From the NCBI GenBank assembly GCA_949077035.1, contig CARUPR010000002.1, forward strand, positions 4,218 to 68,217: 64,000 bases of DNA, read 5' to 3'. Positions 26,506 through 35,067 of the stretch are shown piece after piece. Under the pieces are notes generated by a model, which saw only the letters and a list, made by a program, of their open reading frames with translations, had not been told where the DNA came from and did no database searches. The DNA is from an uncultured Eubacteriales bacterium. GTDB taxonomy: Bacteria > Bacillota > Clostridia > Christensenellales > UBA1242. The number at the start of each line of letters is the position of its first letter. The stretch's first letter is position 1. Both the position numbers and the translations under genes were made by a program.

Positions 26506-27591
26506 ATGAAAAAACTTTCTTTATGTATGATTGTAAAAGATGAACAAGAGTGTCTTGCAAGGGCACTTGAAAATGCAGATATCTTTGCAGATGAAATTAT
26601 CATTGTAGATACCGGCTCATCTGACAAGACAAAAGAGATTGCTAAAAATTTTAGCGACAAGATTTATGATTTTAAATGGGTGGGTGATTTTTCTAAGGCG
26701 CGCAACTTTTCCTTTGATAAGGCAAGTTGCCCATATATAATGTGGCTTGATGCCGATGACATTGTGCCAAATAGCAGTGCTGAGAGTATTGCAGATTGGA
26801 AAAAGCAAGAGGAAGATGTCGATGTTGTGATGTGCCCGTATGTTGCAAATTATGATGAGAATTTTAATCCTGTATTTGAATATCTGAGAGAAAGGATAGT
26901 CAAAAACTCCAAGGCATTGCGTTGGCATGACAGGGTGCACGAAGTAATTGTGCCAAGTGGAAAGATAATAAATAGCACTGCTATAAAAATATTTCATGGC
27001 AAAAAGAAAAAAGAGGCAACCTCTCGCAATCTTTTGATTTATAAACAGATGCTTGAAGAGGGTGAAAAACTCAGCCCGCGTTCAAATTTTTATTACGCAA
27101 GAGAACTATATTTCAATAACTATATTAATGAAGCTATACATGAGTTTTCCCGTTTTCTTTCAGGAGGTGAAGGCTGGAAGGAAAACAATATTGAGGCTTG
27201 TTTAAATCTTGCAAAATGTTATTGCTTGCAAGAAAAATATTCAAATGCATTGACCTCACTTTTTGGCAGCTTTATCTATGACATTCCAAGAAGTGAAGTG
27301 CTTTATGAAATAGGTAATATCTATTCTCAAAAGGAAGAATTTAGTAAGGCAATTTATTGGTATAAGCTGGCTTTAGCTTCAAAACCAGAAATAGAAAGTG
27401 GCGGTTTTGTAAACATTGAAACTTGCACATTTTTGCCGGCTCTTGCCTTATGTGTTTGTTATGATAAAATGGGTGATAAACTCAATGCCTTTCATTATCA
27501 TGAGATAGCAAAGGGGTTTAAGCCGCAGGATAAATCTGTATTACATAATCAAGAATATTTTGATAATTTAATGAAAAATACAAAAAAATAA
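26506..27591 (+). CDS. Family-2 glycosyltransferase fused to TPR repeats
   Basis: LSLCMIVKDEQECLARAL...IIIVDTGSSDKT...WLDADD is the GT2 DxD region. The C-terminal half is TPR-like (AIYWYKLAL, FHYHEIAKG). Confidence 0.8.
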   Translation: MKKLSLCMIVKDEQECLARALENADIFADEIIIVDTGSSDKTKEIAKNFSDKIYDFKWVGDFSKARNFSFDKASCPYIMWLDADDIVPNSSAESIADWKKQEEDVDVVMCPYVANYDENFNPVFEYLRERIVKNSKALRWHDRVHEVIVPSGKIINSTAIKIFHGKKKKEATSRNLLIYKQMLEEGEKLSPRSNFYYARELYFNNYINEAIHEFSRFLSGGEGWKENNIEACLNLAKCYCLQEKYSNALTSLFGSFIYDIPRSEVLYEIGNIYSQKEEFSKAIYWYKLALASKPEIESGGFVNIETCTFLPALALCVCYDKMGDKLNAFHYHEIAKGFKPQDKSVLHNQEYFDNLMKNTKK

Positions 27592-27602
27592 CATAAAAAC
27601 AA

Positions 27603-27631
27603 CAAAAAAACCGCATTTTTGCGGCTTTTTC
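27603..27631 (+). terminator. Intrinsic terminator after the GT2-TPR gene
   Basis: aaaaaaa CCGC attttt GCGG cttttt. Confidence 0.65.
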
Positions 27632-27641
27632 TTTTAATTTG

Positions 27642-27775
27642 TTTAAATTCAACTTTATTTTAAAATTTATTCAACTTAATATTTGTCTTTATATTAAGCT
27701 AATTTCAACTTTAAATTTCAACTTGATATTTATTTAAATTCAACCTTAAATAAGTTTAAATTCAACTTTATTTTA
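27642..27775. repeat. Array of six TTCAAC-core repeats bracketed by a 24-bp direct repeat, with an internal 8-8-8 inverted repeat
   Basis: TTCAAC starts at 27648, 27670, 27704, 27717, 27739 and 27761, giving spacings of 22, 34, 13, 22 and 22. gtttaaattcaactttattttaaa occurs at 27641 and again at 27754. CTTAATAT-ttgtcttt-ATATTAAG lies at 27675-27698. Confidence 0.85.
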
Positions 27776-28703
27776 AATCAAAATTGTCAAAAAATTTAAG
27801 TTTTTCAGATATAAGATTAAGGAATTTTTCTCTATCTACGGCAGAGGTAAATTCGTGTTTTCCATTTTCATTAAATATCACATCGGTCTTTCCAGGCATA
27901 TCTGTTGTGTTGACATCAAGGTCGACCTTTTCTACTGTGAAAATTTCAGGGTTTGTCAAATACATATAAGCACAGGTGTCATTTGTTGCAATGCGTTTGT
28001 CAGCATATCCAGGTTCCCAATAGGTGGTATACATTTGATAAATGAAGTCACCAACTTTGTTTACTCCCTTGATTTTATTCATAACAAATTCTTCATCAAG
28101 ATGTGCTTTCAATCTGCCCATGTCAGATGGAATCATAGCAAGTGGAATTTTGCTGTTAAGAACAATTTTAAAAGCTTCAGGGTCGGTGGAAATATTGAAA
28201 GAAATATGGTTTGGATAGCCCTCAATACCATAAGGAGAGCCGCCCATAAATACAATTTTCTTGACCTTATCGGCAACATCTGGGTGTCTTAAAAGAAGTT
28301 CTCCCATGTTGGTTTGAGGCCCTAAAAGCAGGACAACAATGTCACCATCACTATCATTTAAAACTTCATACATTGCTTCTATAGCATCCAAACTATAAAG
28401 TGGTCTGTCAACAGTTTTTGGAGGGGTATATCCGCCAAGGCCTTCAACTGAATGGATAAATTCTGCATAAGGGCTGTTTCTTTGCATTGCTTTTGCGCAA
28501 CCTTTTGCAACTGGAATATCAACATTAAATTTATCAAGAATATGAAGGATGTTTCTTGTTGTTGTTTCAACTCCAACATTTCCAGAAACAGATGTGATAA
28601 GTTTGATATCAAGTTTTTCATCAAAAATAGCATAAGCGAGGCAGGCTGCATCATCAACGCCAGCGTCAGAATCAATTATTACCTTTATTTTTTCTTTGTT
28701 CAT
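27768..28703 (-). CDS. Nucleoside hydrolase (inosine/uridine-preferring family)
   Basis: KVIIDSDAGVDDAACLAYAI matches the DxDxxxDD-type signature. The start is set at ATG 28703, with AAGGA upstream. Confidence 0.85.
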   Translation of the reverse strand: MNKEKIKVIIDSDAGVDDAACLAYAIFDEKLDIKLITSVSGNVGVETTTRNILHILDKFNVDIPVAKGCAKAMQRNSPYAEFIHSVEGLGGYTPPKTVDRPLYSLDAIEAMYEVLNDSDGDIVVLLLGPQTNMGELLLRHPDVADKVKKIVFMGGSPYGIEGYPNHISFNISTDPEAFKIVLNSKIPLAMIPSDMGRLKAHLDEEFVMNKIKGVNKVGDFIYQMYTTYWEPGYADKRIATNDTCAYMYLTNPEIFTVEKVDLDVNTTDMPGKTDVIFNENGKHEFTSAVDREKFLNLISEKLKFFDNFDLK

Positions 28704-28893
28704 AAATAATATCCTTTTAAGCAATAAAAATGCAGAAGTGATTTGACAAAGATGATTTTACTTAAAAAGCAAAAATGCTAGGTGAGTTTGCTTCTGCAAT
28801 AACTACTTAAATATTATATACAAAAATTAATAAAAAAGCAATTGTTTTGATATTTTTCTTGCTATAAAATAAAGATTATGATAAAATATAATT

Positions 28894-28984
28894 GGAGACG
28901 TATCGAAGAGGTCATAACGAGACGCACTCGAAATGCGTTTGTCGGGAAACCGGCACATGGGTTCGAATCCCATCGTCTCCGCCA
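28894..28984 (+). tRNA. tRNA-Ser (anticodon CGA) with a long variable arm and encoded CCA
   Basis: Hand-folded. Acceptor GGAGACG/CGTCTCC; anticodon stem ACGCA/TGCGT with loop CTCGAAA; variable arm GTCGG-GAAA-CCGGC; T arm ATGGG-TTCGAAT-CCCAT; then G-CCA. Confidence 0.9.
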
Positions 28985-29045
28985 AAATTAAAAACTAAGA
29001 AATCTTTTTTAGAAAGAGAATTGAAAAGGATATATATGAACAAAG

Positions 29046-29764
29046 TTGTTTTGGTTACAGGTGCTTCCAGAGGAATTGGCAAAGCGACCATAATAGAATT
29101 TGCAAAAAATGGATACAATGTAGTAATAAATTATGCAAATAGCCAAAAAGCCGCCGAGCAGCTGAAGGCAGTTGTTGAAAAAGAATATAAGGTCAAAGCA
29201 CTTACTATTAAGGCAGATGTATCAAATGAAAATGAAGTCAAGCAAATGATTGAAAACATTGTTTCAGAATTTGGTAGGTTGGATGCTGTTGTCAACAATG
29301 CAGGTATTGTCTGGGATAGAAGTTTTGATGAAATTACTATAGAAGAATTTAGACGGACCCTGGATGTAAATGTAATAGGCGCTTTTATTGTTGCAAGAGA
29401 AGCAAGTAGATACATGAAAAAAGGGGCAACAATAGTAAATGTTTCTTCTACAAATGGGACTAAAACTATTTCTCCTGAATGTTTAGACTATAACATTTCT
29501 AAAATAGGACTTCAAAGTTTAACAAGAGATTTGGCTTTTCAGTTTAAGCCAAATATCAGGGTAAATGCGATTGCAATAGGTTGGGCTGACACTGATATGA
29601 ATAAAGATTTGCCAAAAGATTATATAGAATCTGAGAATGAAAAAATTTGGCTTGGGCATTTTGCAAAACCAGAACAAATTGCTGAAATAATATATTTTTT
29701 ATCAAGCGAAAAATCCAGTTATATAAATGGCGAAATTTTGACCGTTGATGGTGGATATTGTTAA
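29046..29764 (+). CDS. Short-chain dehydrogenase/reductase (FabG-like)
   Basis: VVLVTGASRGIGKA, NNAG and the Y-x-x-x-K context (YNISKIG) are present. The ORF-track start at 28892 overlaps the tRNA, so I use ATG 29046. Confidence 0.85.
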
Positions 29765-29944
29765 TTTTTTTTGTAAAATCAAAATTTTGTATTTGAGATT
29801 GAAAAATAATCATTATTAATCGAATCAGTCATAAAAAATCAAAAACAATCCGATTAAATTAAAAATCAAATCAATTAATTAAAAAAATAAAAATAAATTA
29901 AACAAAATTAAAAGAAAAAATAAGGAGTTGTGGTTTAATAAAAA

Positions 29945-30652
29945 ATGAAAAGTTTTTTTAAAGAACTATCGATATTTGAATATTTACTTCTTTTTATAAG
30001 CCCAATCGTGATTATAACAGTAGGTATTGTGTTTAAAAGTGACGCTTTAACTATTTGTTCATCTGCAATAGGGGTAGTGGGGGTATTTTTACTTTCTAAA
30101 GGAAAAATTTTAGGTCAATTTTTAGCAATTATTGTTGCAGTGCTTTATTCGATAGTCAGTTTTTATCAAGGTTTTTATGGAGAAGTAATTATTTATGTTG
30201 CGCTTATTATTCCAATGAGTATTTGGGGGATTATTGAATGGGCAAAACATAAAAATCGCGTAAGTAAAAGTGTTAAAATAAATTCTATATCATATAAAGA
30301 GTGGATAGTGGTTAGCTGCTTTGCAGCACTGATTTTCGTTGGTTTCTATTTTCTGTTAAAGGCATTAAATACAAATGAGCTTATTGTAAGCACTATTTCG
30401 GTGCTTAGTAGTATATTCGGAGAATATTTATTGGCTCGTAGAAGCAAATATGGCTTTGTTTCCTATATTTTAAATGATATAATTTTAATTGTTCTTTGGG
30501 CTATCCCTGTATTTCAAGGCAATTTGATGGTCTTAGCGATGCTTATGAATCCTATAGTAAACTTATTCAACGATATATATGGTGTTGTCAACTGGACGAG
30601 GTTGCAAAAAAGTCAAAAGCGGATGCAAAATCAAACTGAAGAATCAAAATAA
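29945..30652 (+). CDS. pnuC: Nicotinamide riboside transporter, PnuC family
   Basis: A multi-TM protein of about 235 aa. It has the Trp-containing helix IPMSIWGIIEWAKH and the LNDIILIVLW pattern typical of PnuC, and it sits in an NAD-salvage neighbourhood. Confidence 0.7.
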   Translation: MKSFFKELSIFEYLLLFISPIVIITVGIVFKSDALTICSSAIGVVGVFLLSKGKILGQFLAIIVAVLYSIVSFYQGFYGEVIIYVALIIPMSIWGIIEWAKHKNRVSKSVKINSISYKEWIVVSCFAALIFVGFYFLLKALNTNELIVSTISVLSSIFGEYLLARRSKYGFVSYILNDIILIVLWAIPVFQGNLMVLAMLMNPIVNLFNDIYGVVNWTRLQKSQKRMQNQTEESK

Positions 30653-30707
30653 AGATTTTGCATTACAACAAATTTATTAATAAAAATAAACATTCTAGGA
30701 GGGAAAA

Positions 30708-31139
30708 ATGAAAGTATTTGTATGTGCGGGAATGAGTCTTGCTAAAGTGGTTCAGACAAAGGCTTGATGGGTGAAACTCTTAAAAAATTTATTGAAACAA
30801 GCAAAAATGTTGAGTTTTTAATTCCTGAACTATTACAACTATGATGCACCAAACTTGATTAAATTAGTAGGAAAAGATAATTTCAAAGCTTTAAAGGTAA
30901 AAGGTGAAACAGGAACCTTAGAGGAATTTTTATATTGCAATGAAACATTGCGTTCGAGAGAACATAAAAGTAAAATAACATTAGTAAATATAGACGGATT
31001 TTTTAATGGTTTTTTACAACAAATAAAAACAAATATTGAGCAGGGTATGTCTAAAGATTCTGCGATTAGGTTTGACATTGTAAATGATGTAAACGAAATA
31101 AGTTTATTTCATTCAGAAAATTTAGAAAATGAATTTTAA
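30708..31139 (+). pseudogene. Decayed LOG/PpnN-family (nucleotide 5'-monophosphate nucleosidase) gene
   Basis: Three fragments lie in two frames. MKVFVCAGMS...A* ends at 30767. GLMGETLKKFIETSKNVEFLIPELLQL* runs 30761-30844 in a different frame. KGETGTLEEF...ITLVNIDGFFNGFL (30855-31139) is a degenerate PGGxGTxxE motif. The N-terminal part is also shortened. Confidence 0.55.
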
Positions 31140-31150
31140 AACAACTGAAT

Positions 31151-31181
31151 AATCACGAATATAAGTTTCGTGATTTTTTTG
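31151..31181 (+). terminator. Intrinsic terminator
   Basis: AATCACGAA tataagt TTCGTGATT tttttt. Confidence 0.8.
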
Positions 31182-31395
31182 TTTGATAAAAATAATTTAA
31201 GACAATGTAATAATAGGAATAAAGGGTGGCGGTTTTAAAAGATAATGTTATTTGATTTTCTTCTGGTTTTAATTTGATTAATTTTTATTTTTATGTTAAA
31301 ATTTAAGTGTTGAGAAATCAAATTATAAAAATGAGAAAAGACTTTAAAGTTTGGTGTGCAAATACAAATAAAGAGTATTCTTCCAAGGAGAAAGA

Positions 31396-32010
31396 ATGAA
31401 TTATAAATTTTTAAGTGTAGACTTTCAAAATGAATTTGCTGATAAAAATGGAAAATTTTTTAATGGCGGCAAAAGCATTGATTTTATACAAAAAACTCTT
31501 ATACCATTTTTACAAAAAAACAACATAAAGGTTTGTGAAATTATATCTGATTATCGTCTGCCTCGAAAAAAAAGTTCATCTGCAGGTTGCATACCTGGGG
31601 AATTTGGATTTCAATCTGCTTTGCCAGAAAATGTAAGAGATGTTTCGCCTTGGATTAAGTGCATGAATAGTCCGATATGGATTAGAAAGAATATAGGCAA
31701 AAAAGATAAGAAGGCTGGCATACCTTATCAAGATGCAAAAAAATTTAATAAATGGTTGAAAAGTCACTTTGGACAGCCAAGTGAAGATTTAACTATCATT
31801 CTTTTTGGACTAACACTTGATTGCTGCGTTTTGTCTGTTGCTCAAGAATTGTATTGGCATGGCTATAGATTTAAAATATTAATAGAAGCAACAGATGTTA
31901 TGCCTAATAAAAATCAAGAGGAAGTTAAGAGGCAGTTGGTAGGTGGCCAGGTCCTTAATCATTGGCTTAAATTTATTAAATTTGAAGATTTAATTAAAGA
32001 TTTTAAATAA
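31396..32010 (+). CDS. Isochorismatase-like cysteine hydrolase family protein
   Basis: The N-terminal SVDFQNEF resembles the VDxQNDF motif, and LFGLTLDCCVLSVAQE supplies the catalytic-Cys strand. Confidence 0.55.
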   Translation: MNYKFLSVDFQNEFADKNGKFFNGGKSIDFIQKTLIPFLQKNNIKVCEIISDYRLPRKKSSSAGCIPGEFGFQSALPENVRDVSPWIKCMNSPIWIRKNIGKKDKKAGIPYQDAKKFNKWLKSHFGQPSEDLTIILFGLTLDCCVLSVAQELYWHGYRFKILIEATDVMPNKNQEEVKRQLVGGQVLNHWLKFIKFEDLIKDFK

Positions 32011-32033
32011 AAACTCTAAATTTTGGAGGGGAA

Positions 32034-32843
32034 ATGTTAGGTGCAATTATTGGTGATTTGGCAGGCTCAGTTTATGAATTTGACCAATATAAAAAAATAA
32101 GAAAAATTGAATTGAAAAATATTATCGATGATGATGCTTTTTTCAGTGATGATACAATATTGACAATTGCAATCGCTGATGCGATTTTATGTGGAGGGGG
32201 AAATTTATATAAAAATAAGCTTAAGGAATATGCCAAAAAATATATGAATTTAATTCCGCAAAATGTCCCTTATTTTAAAAAGATGTTTTCGCCAGATTTT
32301 GAGAAATGGACTTATGGCGATTTTCAAGGCAGCAGCAATGGAAATGGTGCAATGATGAGGATATCGCCGGTGGGCGAAATGTTTTTATCAAAGGAAGAAG
32401 TTTTAAAAAATACATATCTGGCAATATCGCCTTCCCATAATAATGAAGATGCAATAAAATATGCAAGCTTGGTCGCTTTGATTATTTTTTATTCAAGCAG
32501 ATGTGGTATGAAAAGGGAAGAGATTATTAAAGAATTGAATATTGAGATAAAAAAGCCTGATATAAAAAATTTTAATTATACTTGCAATGATACAATTGAT
32601 GTCTGTTTATATTCCGTGTTTAATTCAAACAGCTTTGAAGAAAGCATAAAACTTGCCATTTCATTTGGTGGTGATACAGATACCAATGCTTGCATTGTCG
32701 GAAGCATGGCAGAGGCAATCTTTGGCATCCCAGAATATTTGAAAACATGGGCATTAGAAAAATTGCCAGCTGAATTTATTGAAATTATTGAAAGGTTTGA
32801 GCGTGCAAAAGAAGATAATGCAAAACAGGCGAAATTGAAATAA
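32034..32843 (+). CDS. ADP-ribosylglycohydrolase (ARH/DraG family)
   Basis: Contains MLGAIIGDLAGSVYEF, FSDDTILTIAIADAIL, GNGAMMRISPVG and GGDTDTNACIVGSMAEAIFG. Confidence 0.85.
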   Translation: MLGAIIGDLAGSVYEFDQYKKIRKIELKNIIDDDAFFSDDTILTIAIADAILCGGGNLYKNKLKEYAKKYMNLIPQNVPYFKKMFSPDFEKWTYGDFQGSSNGNGAMMRISPVGEMFLSKEEVLKNTYLAISPSHNNEDAIKYASLVALIIFYSSRCGMKREEIIKELNIEIKKPDIKNFNYTCNDTIDVCLYSVFNSNSFEESIKLAISFGGDTDTNACIVGSMAEAIFGIPEYLKTWALEKLPAEFIEIIERFERAKEDNAKQAKLK

Positions 32844-32902
32844 AAAATCATAATAAATTAAAATAAATCGAAAATAATATGAAAATTTAAAGGAGATAAA
32901 AC

Positions 32903-33535
32903 ATGAGAATAGGAATTGATATAGATGGAGTATTGACAGATTTGGATAGCTTTCAATTTGATTTTTTCAGTAAGTTTTGTGTTGAAAATAAAATACCATA
33001 CAATATTAAAACAAGCAAATATGACATTTCAAAATCTTTTGGCTTAGGAGATGCTGAAGAAAACAAATTTTGGGATATATATTTAGATTATTATGCTAAA
33101 CAAGAAAGGGCAAGAAGATTTGCTTCAGAAGTGATTAAGAAATTGAAAGAAGAAGGTCATGAAGTTTATATTATTACCGCAAGATGGTTGACAAACAGAG
33201 ATGATGCCTTGGGTGAAAATATGAGAAACACAGTCAAAAAATGGCTTGATGAAAACGATATAGTTTATGATAAACTGATTTTTTCAAAGGCAAAGAAAGA
33301 GAAAAAAATTGATGAAATCAGGGAAAACAATATTGATGTTATGATTGAAGACAGCCCAAGCAACATAAACGAGCTTTCAAAAATTATCCCTGTTGTATGT
33401 TTTGATGCTTCATATAATAAAAAATGCAAAGGCGAAAATATCCATAGATGTTTTAGCTGGTATGATGTTTATAATAAAATAAACCAGTTAAGCAAGCAAA
33501 AATATAATGAAGAAGAATGTATTCAAAATATTTAA
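32903..33535 (+). CDS. HAD-superfamily 5'(3')-(deoxy)ribonucleotidase-like phosphatase
   Basis: MRIGIDIDGVLTD carries the DxDG nucleophile motif. YIITAR and VMIEDSP are also present. Confidence 0.6.
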   Translation: MRIGIDIDGVLTDLDSFQFDFFSKFCVENKIPYNIKTSKYDISKSFGLGDAEENKFWDIYLDYYAKQERARRFASEVIKKLKEEGHEVYIITARWLTNRDDALGENMRNTVKKWLDENDIVYDKLIFSKAKKEKKIDEIRENNIDVMIEDSPSNINELSKIIPVVCFDASYNKKCKGENIHRCFSWYDVYNKINQLSKQKYNEEECIQNI

Positions 33536-33550
33536 AAGGAAGATAGGAAA

Positions 33551-34111
33551 GTGAATAATTTAACAAACAAAATAAGAAAGAAAAAATTTTATCAAAGAAA
33601 AACATCGGTATCAAAAAATCTTGTTAAATATAGAGATTATATCCTTGTTGAGAATATACAAAAATATGAATTTATTGGCTTTTACCCAAGAGAATTTTTT
33701 TGCTTTGATAATTTTTCATCTTTTGCTATTGTTTATAAAGGCACCAAATATCTTACCGTTGAGCATGCCTATCAAGCTATGAAATTTGTTGATACTGCAC
33801 CAGAAATAGCAAAAAAGATTGTTGAAAGCAATTCGGCGGTTGAGGCAAAGATAATAGCTCGAAGAAATGCTGATAAACAAAACAAAGACTGGACAAAGAT
33901 AAGCGCGCAAGTTATGGAAGAATTGTTGAGGGCAAAGATTGCTCAACATGAATATGTTAAGACTAAGCTTCTTGAAACAAAGGATATGCTGATTTGTGAA
34001 GATTCGCCAACTGACAGCTTTTGGGGGATAGGGCCAAACAGAGATGGCGAAAATATGCTTGGCAAGATTTGGATGAAATTGAGAGATGAACTTATTGCAT
34101 CAGAAAAATAG
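33551..34111 (+). CDS. NADAR (YbiA/DUF1768) family N-glycosidase
   Basis: FDNFSSFAIVYKGTKYLTVEHAYQAMKF...EDSPTDSFWGIG. GTG start, with a GGAAAG/AGGAAG RBS region. Confidence 0.8.
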   Translation: MNNLTNKIRKKKFYQRKTSVSKNLVKYRDYILVENIQKYEFIGFYPREFFCFDNFSSFAIVYKGTKYLTVEHAYQAMKFVDTAPEIAKKIVESNSAVEAKIIARRNADKQNKDWTKISAQVMEELLRAKIAQHEYVKTKLLETKDMLICEDSPTDSFWGIGPNRDGENMLGKIWMKLRDELIASEK

Positions 34112-34115
34112 AAAG

Positions 34116-34149
34116 AAAAAAAGTTGCTTAATTTAAAGCAACTTTTTTG
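34116..34149 (+). terminator. Intrinsic terminator after the NADAR gene
   Basis: aaaaaaa AGTTGCTT aattta AAGCAACT tttttt. Confidence 0.8.
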
Positions 34150-34330
34150 TTGTGCACCTAAATATAAACTTGGAATGTTTATTTTTTATTGGCGCACTAG
34201 ATTTAAAATTTTATTATAAAAATTTCAAATTATATGATAATATATTGAAAAACCACATAAAATTGTGATTTTTTTTAAAAATTAAGGCGAATTTAACAAA
34301 TTATTAATAAAAAATTAACAATACAAACAA

Positions 34331-34879
34331 TCAATCTTTGATATATTTTTTCAATTTTTTATTAATAATTTTTTGAAGGGTATCCATCTTTCTGTTGGTT
34401 TTTATTTTAATGACAGGGGCATTGCAGGAAGAAATTACATATTTTTGAGAGGCTTTACTTCTTATATCTAGACCAAGTTTGTTATAATTTTTGGCAATGT
34501 CTAAAAAGATAAGAAAATTTTTCTTTACCTCTTCGTCAGAATGTTCTAAACTATGTCTGCCTTTTTCATTATCCCTATTTAATATCCTTTTAATTCTGAT
34601 TTTTGTTGGGCATTTTAAATAAATTATCAAATCAATATATTCAAAGGTGATAGGGTTTGAATGGAGTGAGCCAGTTATGATTAAATTATTAGAATTTTTT
34701 ATCCTTTCAAGCAGAAGTCTATTGCTTTCCTCAATAGGTCGCATTTCTTGAAATTCAGGTATTGTTTGTTCCCACTTATAAAAGTCACTTTCTATAATGT
34801 CATAACCAAGTGATTTGCTTAAAATTTCGCCAATTGTCGAAGTTCCGCTTCCACTCGGCCCCATAATATGAATAATCAC
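34331..34879 (-). CDS. P-loop nucleoside/nucleotide kinase-like protein (adenylate-kinase fold)
   Basis: MIIHIMGPSGSGTSTIGEIL is the Walker A motif. GTG start with AAGGAG 7 nt upstream. It has its own operator-bearing promoter. Confidence 0.6.
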   Translation of the reverse strand: MIIHIMGPSGSGTSTIGEILSKSLGYDIIESDFYKWEQTIPEFQEMRPIEESNRLLLERIKNSNNLIITGSLHSNPITFEYIDLIIYLKCPTKIRIKRILNRDNEKGRHSLEHSDEEVKKNFLIFLDIAKNYNKLGLDIRSKASQKYVISSCNAPVIKIKTNRKMDTLQKIINKKLKKYIKD

Positions 34880-35031
34880 AATATTTCTCCTTTTGTTTGA
34901 ATTTTAAATAAAATATCGAAAATTTAACTAATTTTTATAAATTTTTGCGATTTTTATTAATATTTTCTCAAAATTATATTTAATTAGTCAAATTTTCGTA
35001 TTTTTTATTAATAAATATTTATTCTTTATAA

Positions 35032-35064
35032 GGTGATTTTATCACATTTTTGAGGGATAGTCAA
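35032..35064 (-). promoter_or_regulatory. Promoter plus dyad operator (site 3) upstream of the kinase gene
   Basis: The reverse strand reads TTGACT (35059-35064), a 17-nt spacer, then TAAAAT (35036-35041). The dyad TGTGATAAAATCACC (35032-35046) overlaps the -10. Confidence 0.6.
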
Positions 35065-35067
35065 TTA

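Noticed and set aside
27675-27698. Possible dif (XerCD) site in the convergent intergenic region
   Set aside because: The inverted repeat has 8-bp arms with an 8-bp spacer. It lacks the conserved XerD arm (TTATGTNAA-like) of Bacillota dif sites. I kept it only as part of the iteron-like array finding.
28892-29045. N-terminal extension of the SDR ORF (METYRRGHNETHSKCVCRETGTW...)
   Set aside because: The extension is simply the translated tRNA-Ser gene. The real start is ATG 29046, directly before the Rossmann motif.
34233-34247. TATGATAATATATTG, resembling half of the NAD operator
   Set aside because: Only the left half matches and there is no ATCA(C) partner. It lies between convergent gene ends with no promoter.
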